Below are positions 56,629 to 59,842 of a DNA stretch of 59,842 nt, piece after piece. Source of the stretch: a virus (taxonomy: Duplodnaviria; Caudoviricetes); IMG/VR virus record IMGVR_UViG_3300022924_000019, positions 1-59,842 of that record. One strand, 5' to 3'. The notes beneath the pieces were generated by a model that worked only from the letters and a program-made list of their open reading frames with translations, made no database searches and was not told where the DNA came from. Positions within the stretch are counted from its first letter, which is position 1. Every line of letters begins with the position of its first letter. The translations under genes were made by a program, and so were the position numbers.

Positions 56629-56662
56629 GGCGTTTCGCCTCAAGATTGACAGTGAAGCCCGA

Positions 56663-56713
56663 CACCTAAGCGAACGGAAAACAGGTGTCAACCGGCTACC
56701 GGAAATCATTTCC
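56663..56713 (-). promoter_or_regulatory. Early promoter with upstream palindrome
   Basis: Same 21-mer as 55687-55707; GGAAATCATTTCC at 56701-56713. Confidence 0.78.
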
Positions 56714-56743
56714 GACAGCGGCAAAGCGCGCCGACCAGGGCGG

Positions 56744-56816
56744 GCCGCTAATCCCTACCGCACCCATCGGGTTGACCGGGTCTTCAATTCCTACCGGGCT
56801 AAGCGGGATTAGCGGC
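56744..56816. repeat. Perfect 12-bp inverted repeat
   Basis: GCCGCTAATCCC ... GGGATTAGCGGC. Confidence 0.75.
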
Positions 56817-56851
56817 GGCCGGCTGGCTTGGGCAGGCCTTGCGCACCCCCG

Positions 56852-56942
56852 CTCGGAGAAATACTCGTGGCGCCCCGCCTCGGGGAAATACAGGCTTGCC
56901 CCCACTCGGGGAAATTGACACCCCATCCGAGGAAATACAGGC
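56852..56942 (+). repeat. Four direct repeats, CTCGGRGAAATAC-like
   Basis: Copies at about 56852, 56879, 56905 and 56926. Confidence 0.75.
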
Positions 56943-56945
56943 CTC

Positions 56946-56973
56946 TTGACAGGCGAGTCGATCTGGTTATTCT
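56946..56973 (+). promoter_or_regulatory. Rightward promoter
   Basis: TTGACA-16-TATTCT. Confidence 0.6.
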
Positions 56974-56978
56974 GGCCG

Positions 56979-57170
56979 CTCTTCGACGCAGCCGGGTCGG
57001 CGTTTCGCAGCAACGTCCCGCCAAGAAGACCGAAGTCTGAATCGATGGGGTGCGGTCCCCGGAGAAGAGTAGTCAGGGTAGCAGGCCCGCCGTCGTCTGC
57101 CCTGCCGGCCTAAGTCATCGGCATAACACGGCCCGTCCCGGCGAAAGCTAGGGCGGGCCGTTCTGCTTTC
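56979..57170 (+). ncRNA. Candidate structured ncRNA
   Basis: Lies between a promoter and a GAAA-capped hairpin (57128-57161); several stems; no credible ORF. Confidence 0.5.
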
Positions 57171-57235
57171 CGGCCCCTTGCTGATACCTTCTTTCCGTGT
57201 CAAGGTCCCCGCCTTCATTCCGAAGGGAGACCACC

Positions 57236-57634
57236 ATGAGACTCAAGAACTTCATGCTCGCCGCGGCGCTCGCACTCTTCGCGTTCGCGCCTCTCGCGGC
57301 CTGCACCACCACGGCGGGCGGCGTCTTCGTCGGCCAGACCGCCGATGAGAAGGCCCTGATCACCGGCAACCGCCTCTACAACGTCGCGACGACCGCCTAC
57401 CTCGCCGCCTACAAGGTCGGCTGGCGCGGTCCGGAACAGGAGCGGGCCAAGCACGCCCTGACCGACACCCTGATCGCGCTCGCGAAGGCGGGTGAGTTCC
57501 ATCGACAGGCCCAGCTCGCCGATACGCCGGAGAAGAAGGCCGCGCTCCTGGCCGCCATGACCGCGCAGCTCGCCATCGCCCGCACCTCGACCAGTGAGGC
57601 GACCGCGCTCCTCCCGCCGCCCGGCCCGTCCTGA
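57236..57634 (+). CDS. Lipoprotein
   Basis: GGAG RBS; signal peptide with LAAC lipobox. Confidence 0.82.
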   Translation: MRLKNFMLAAALALFAFAPLAACTTTAGGVFVGQTADEKALITGNRLYNVATTAYLAAYKVGWRGPEQERAKHALTDTLIALAKAGEFHRQAQLADTPEKKAALLAAMTAQLAIARTSTSEATALLPPPGPS

Positions 57635-57704
57635 TCATCTAGGGCCACGCTCTGAGGCATGAGCGCATCGTGTCTCGCCCCTCCCACTCTACAGGACAGG
57701 TCCC

Positions 57705-58004
57705 ATGACCGAGAAAGTACTGAACACCGACCAGGGCGCCGAGATCGCCACCGCGATCCAGGGCGGGCTTGCCATCGTGCAACAGCTCAGCCCCCTGGTC
57801 GGCCTGCTGGGCGGCCCGTCCGCCGCTCTGATCGCCAACCTTGCCGGTGCGTTCGGCGAGGTCGCCTCGAACGTCCTGACCAACGTCTCCGAAGGCCGGG
57901 CGGATCTGGCCTCGACCGACGAGGCGGCCCTGCAAGCCACCCTGGCCGAGCTTCAGGCCAAGAACAAGCTCCTCGGCGACGAGGTTGCCAAGACGGCCGG
58001 CTGA
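57705..58004 (+). CDS. Amphipathic helical protein
   Basis: AGGA RBS; strong codon bias. Confidence 0.75.
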   Translation: MTEKVLNTDQGAEIATAIQGGLAIVQQLSPLVGLLGGPSAALIANLAGAFGEVASNVLTNVSEGRADLASTDEAALQATLAELQAKNKLLGDEVAKTAG

Positions 58005-58030
58005 TCTGACGCAGCCGACTGCATGGCGAG

Positions 58031-58061
58031 ACGGCCCCCGGAGAAATTCGGGGGCCGTTTT
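58031..58061 (+). terminator. Intrinsic terminator
   Basis: ACGGCCCCCGGA-GAAA-TTCGGGGGCCGT-TTTC. Confidence 0.8.
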
Positions 58062-58070
58062 CGTTGGGGC

Positions 58071-58144
58071 CTCGGAGAAATAGGCGCCTCGGAGAAATGT
58101 CAACCGACCCAGCTTGACACCGGTTTTAGGTTGTGGCCTATTCC
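58071..58144 (+). promoter_or_regulatory. Promoter preceded by two CTCGGAGAAAT repeats
   Basis: Repeats at 58071 and 58088; TTGACACCGGTTTT at 58114. Confidence 0.6.
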
Positions 58145-58182
58145 CCATTAACACCGCTTTTCCCTATCAGTGAGGACCGCCA

Positions 58183-58473
58183 GTGCCCGAGACCGAGACC
58201 GCAGCGACCAAGACCCCCAAGCCGAGCCTGAGATCGCTGATCGAATGGCTCGACGTCGGGGAGAGCCATGCCGTCGTGAAGAAGTTCACGCTCGACACCG
58301 TCACCAGCGAGGATATCGTTCGCACCCGCGAACAGATGCACGACACCGTTACGGCTGCTGTGTCTCGGGCGCGGCGGGGGTCCACTCGTGTCTACGAATG
58401 CGAGCTTGGCGACTTCCGCACCACGCGCGGCCACAACCCCATTCTCTGCATCGTCGTTACGAGGAAGACCTGA
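58183..58473 (+). CDS. Hypothetical protein
   Basis: GAGGA RBS; GTG start. Confidence 0.7.
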   Translation: MPETETAATKTPKPSLRSLIEWLDVGESHAVVKKFTLDTVTSEDIVRTREQMHDTVTAAVSRARRGSTRVYECELGDFRTTRGHNPILCIVVTRKT

Positions 58474-58476
58474 ACC

Positions 58477-59709
58477 ATGTCACAGTTTGCGGCGGGCCAA
58501 GCTATCATCTGCATTCGACAGGCCAAGAAGGTTCAGTCGATCCTCGCGGGCGCACCCACGCCGGGTCGGGCCTACGTCGTCGACTCCGCGAGGAAGCGGA
58601 CAGACTCTCAAGGCTACGAGAACTATCCGCCTGTCGTCACCTTACGGGGTGATGCGTCCTGGCCTAACGGATGGAGCGAAGAGCTGTTCCGGGCGGCCAC
58701 GGAAGACGAGATCTGGAAAATCGTCGGCCAGGGGCAGACAGACGGCTTCCCGATCACGCCGGACGCCCCCGACGAAGACGGGTTCACGGTGACCGCGCCC
58801 GAGATGAGCGTCGGCTACACCCTGGCCGACCGACTCGAACAGCTCTGCAAAGAGGCGGGGATCGTCATCGTCTGCGAGGAAGGCACGTTCAAGGCGCGGC
58901 CGAACCGCGAACGCGAGAAGCCCGCCCTGGCCCGCTTCCTGCATGATCCGGCCCGCGGCTACCCGACCGCCGGGCCGGTCAGCCGGGGACTTCGCGTGGT
59001 GATGATCTGGCCCCTGCTGAGCCGTTCGATGCCCGGCAACCAAGCCTACACCGTCGCCGACAGCCGCCGGCGCCAACGCGAGAACAAGAAGGGGCGTGAC
59101 TTCATCGACGAGATCATGCTGAAGGAGCATCCGGGGAAATGGTTTCCGTTCGCCGCTTTCCGCGCCGCCAAGTCCTTCGAGATCACCTTCACGGATGAGA
59201 CTCTGAGGGGCCGCGCGAAGCGCGACCTCGATAAGAGCCTCCACGGGTGGCGAGAAGGACCCGATCTGTTTCGCAGCGGACTCGAATCCGCCTCGCTTGT
59301 CGAAAACCTCTCTTACGCCGACAGCCGCGAGCTTCTGAAGGCGTGGGGCGATATCATGCTCACCCCTCCGTCTTGGACCGATCCCAGTTGGGATTTCTAC
59401 GCCGAGCGATACCGAAAGGCCGGAGACCAGCTTCGCCATGGCGGCGTCAGAATCCCGGTCCTCCCTCCCGGCATCAAGATCAACCGCAACACGCCGTTCC
59501 TCGATCCGAACTGGCTGATCGGCCCGGCCCGTCTGACCATGGCGGATATGAGCAAAGCCGCGTCCTGGCTCGCCGGTCTCACTGCCCGCGCCGACAACCC
59601 GGCGGGCGTGGTCTACGCTGACGAGATTCAGGAATCCCTCTGGGACGCCATGTCGGACCTCGCCCGAGCGGGCGTCCAATGGCTCAGCTACAAGGACGAC
59701 AGGACGCGC
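58477..59709 (+). CDS. 5' part of the 556-aa hypothetical protein (continues at 1-438)
   Basis: GAGGA RBS; stop-free frame for 411 codons up to the repeat. Confidence 0.85.
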
Positions 59710-59835
59710 GGGATCACTGACCAGGGGCTCCCGCCGCCGTCCGTCTGGGCAGACCTGATCGACTATCGGGCGAAGCCGCTGGGCCGCGTCAAGATGCGGT
59801 TCATGTCGGTCAGAGACTCGATGATCGACGACCCC
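59710..59835. repeat. Terminal direct repeat, copy 2
   Basis: Identical to 1-126. Confidence 0.95.
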
Positions 59836-59842
59836 CAGTCAA

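Noticed and set aside
56979-57069. Cloverleaf as a tRNA gene
   Set aside because: No TTC T-loop, D-loop consensus or CCA; kept only as an ncRNA candidate.
59710-59842. 126-bp terminal repeat as a biological DTR, plus the last 7 nt (CAGTCAA)
   Set aside because: It falls mid-gene, its length is k-mer-like, the terminase is cos-type and a cos candidate lies elsewhere; the 7-nt tail looks like assembly noise.

Overview
The window is a complete, circularly assembled dsDNA siphophage genome. Bases 1-126 are repeated at 59710-59835, giving a unit length of about 59,709 bp. The gene order is Chi-like (Casjensviridae-type): a primase-helicase and small regulator diverge from an exonuclease/SSB/family A polymerase/VRR-NUC/SNF2 helicase block, followed by lambda-like terminase, portal, S49 protease, capsid, tail and lysis genes, and two divergent arms of small early genes. 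A close GapR homologue points to a Caulobacteraceae host. I saw no integrase, tRNA or CRISPR array. A likely cos site lies at 50466-50477. The strongest unexplained signals are: (1) at least 25 exact copies of an AT-rich palindrome, GAARTNAYTTC, spread genome-wide over promoters, start codons, a terminator and coding sequence, in a phage that also has a ParB-like protein, GapR and a Top6A/Spo11-like gene clustered together; (2) eight unrelated proteins ending in an acidic DD(D/E)L-type tail; (3) a second set of unrelated proteins sharing a terminal 'L-x-x-A-I-D-R-L' helix; (4) one ~104-aa domain inserted into both the head decoration protein and the major tail protein; (5) a promoter- and terminator-bounded structured ncRNA candidate at about 56979-57170. 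All family calls were made by eye from motifs and synteny; no searches were run.
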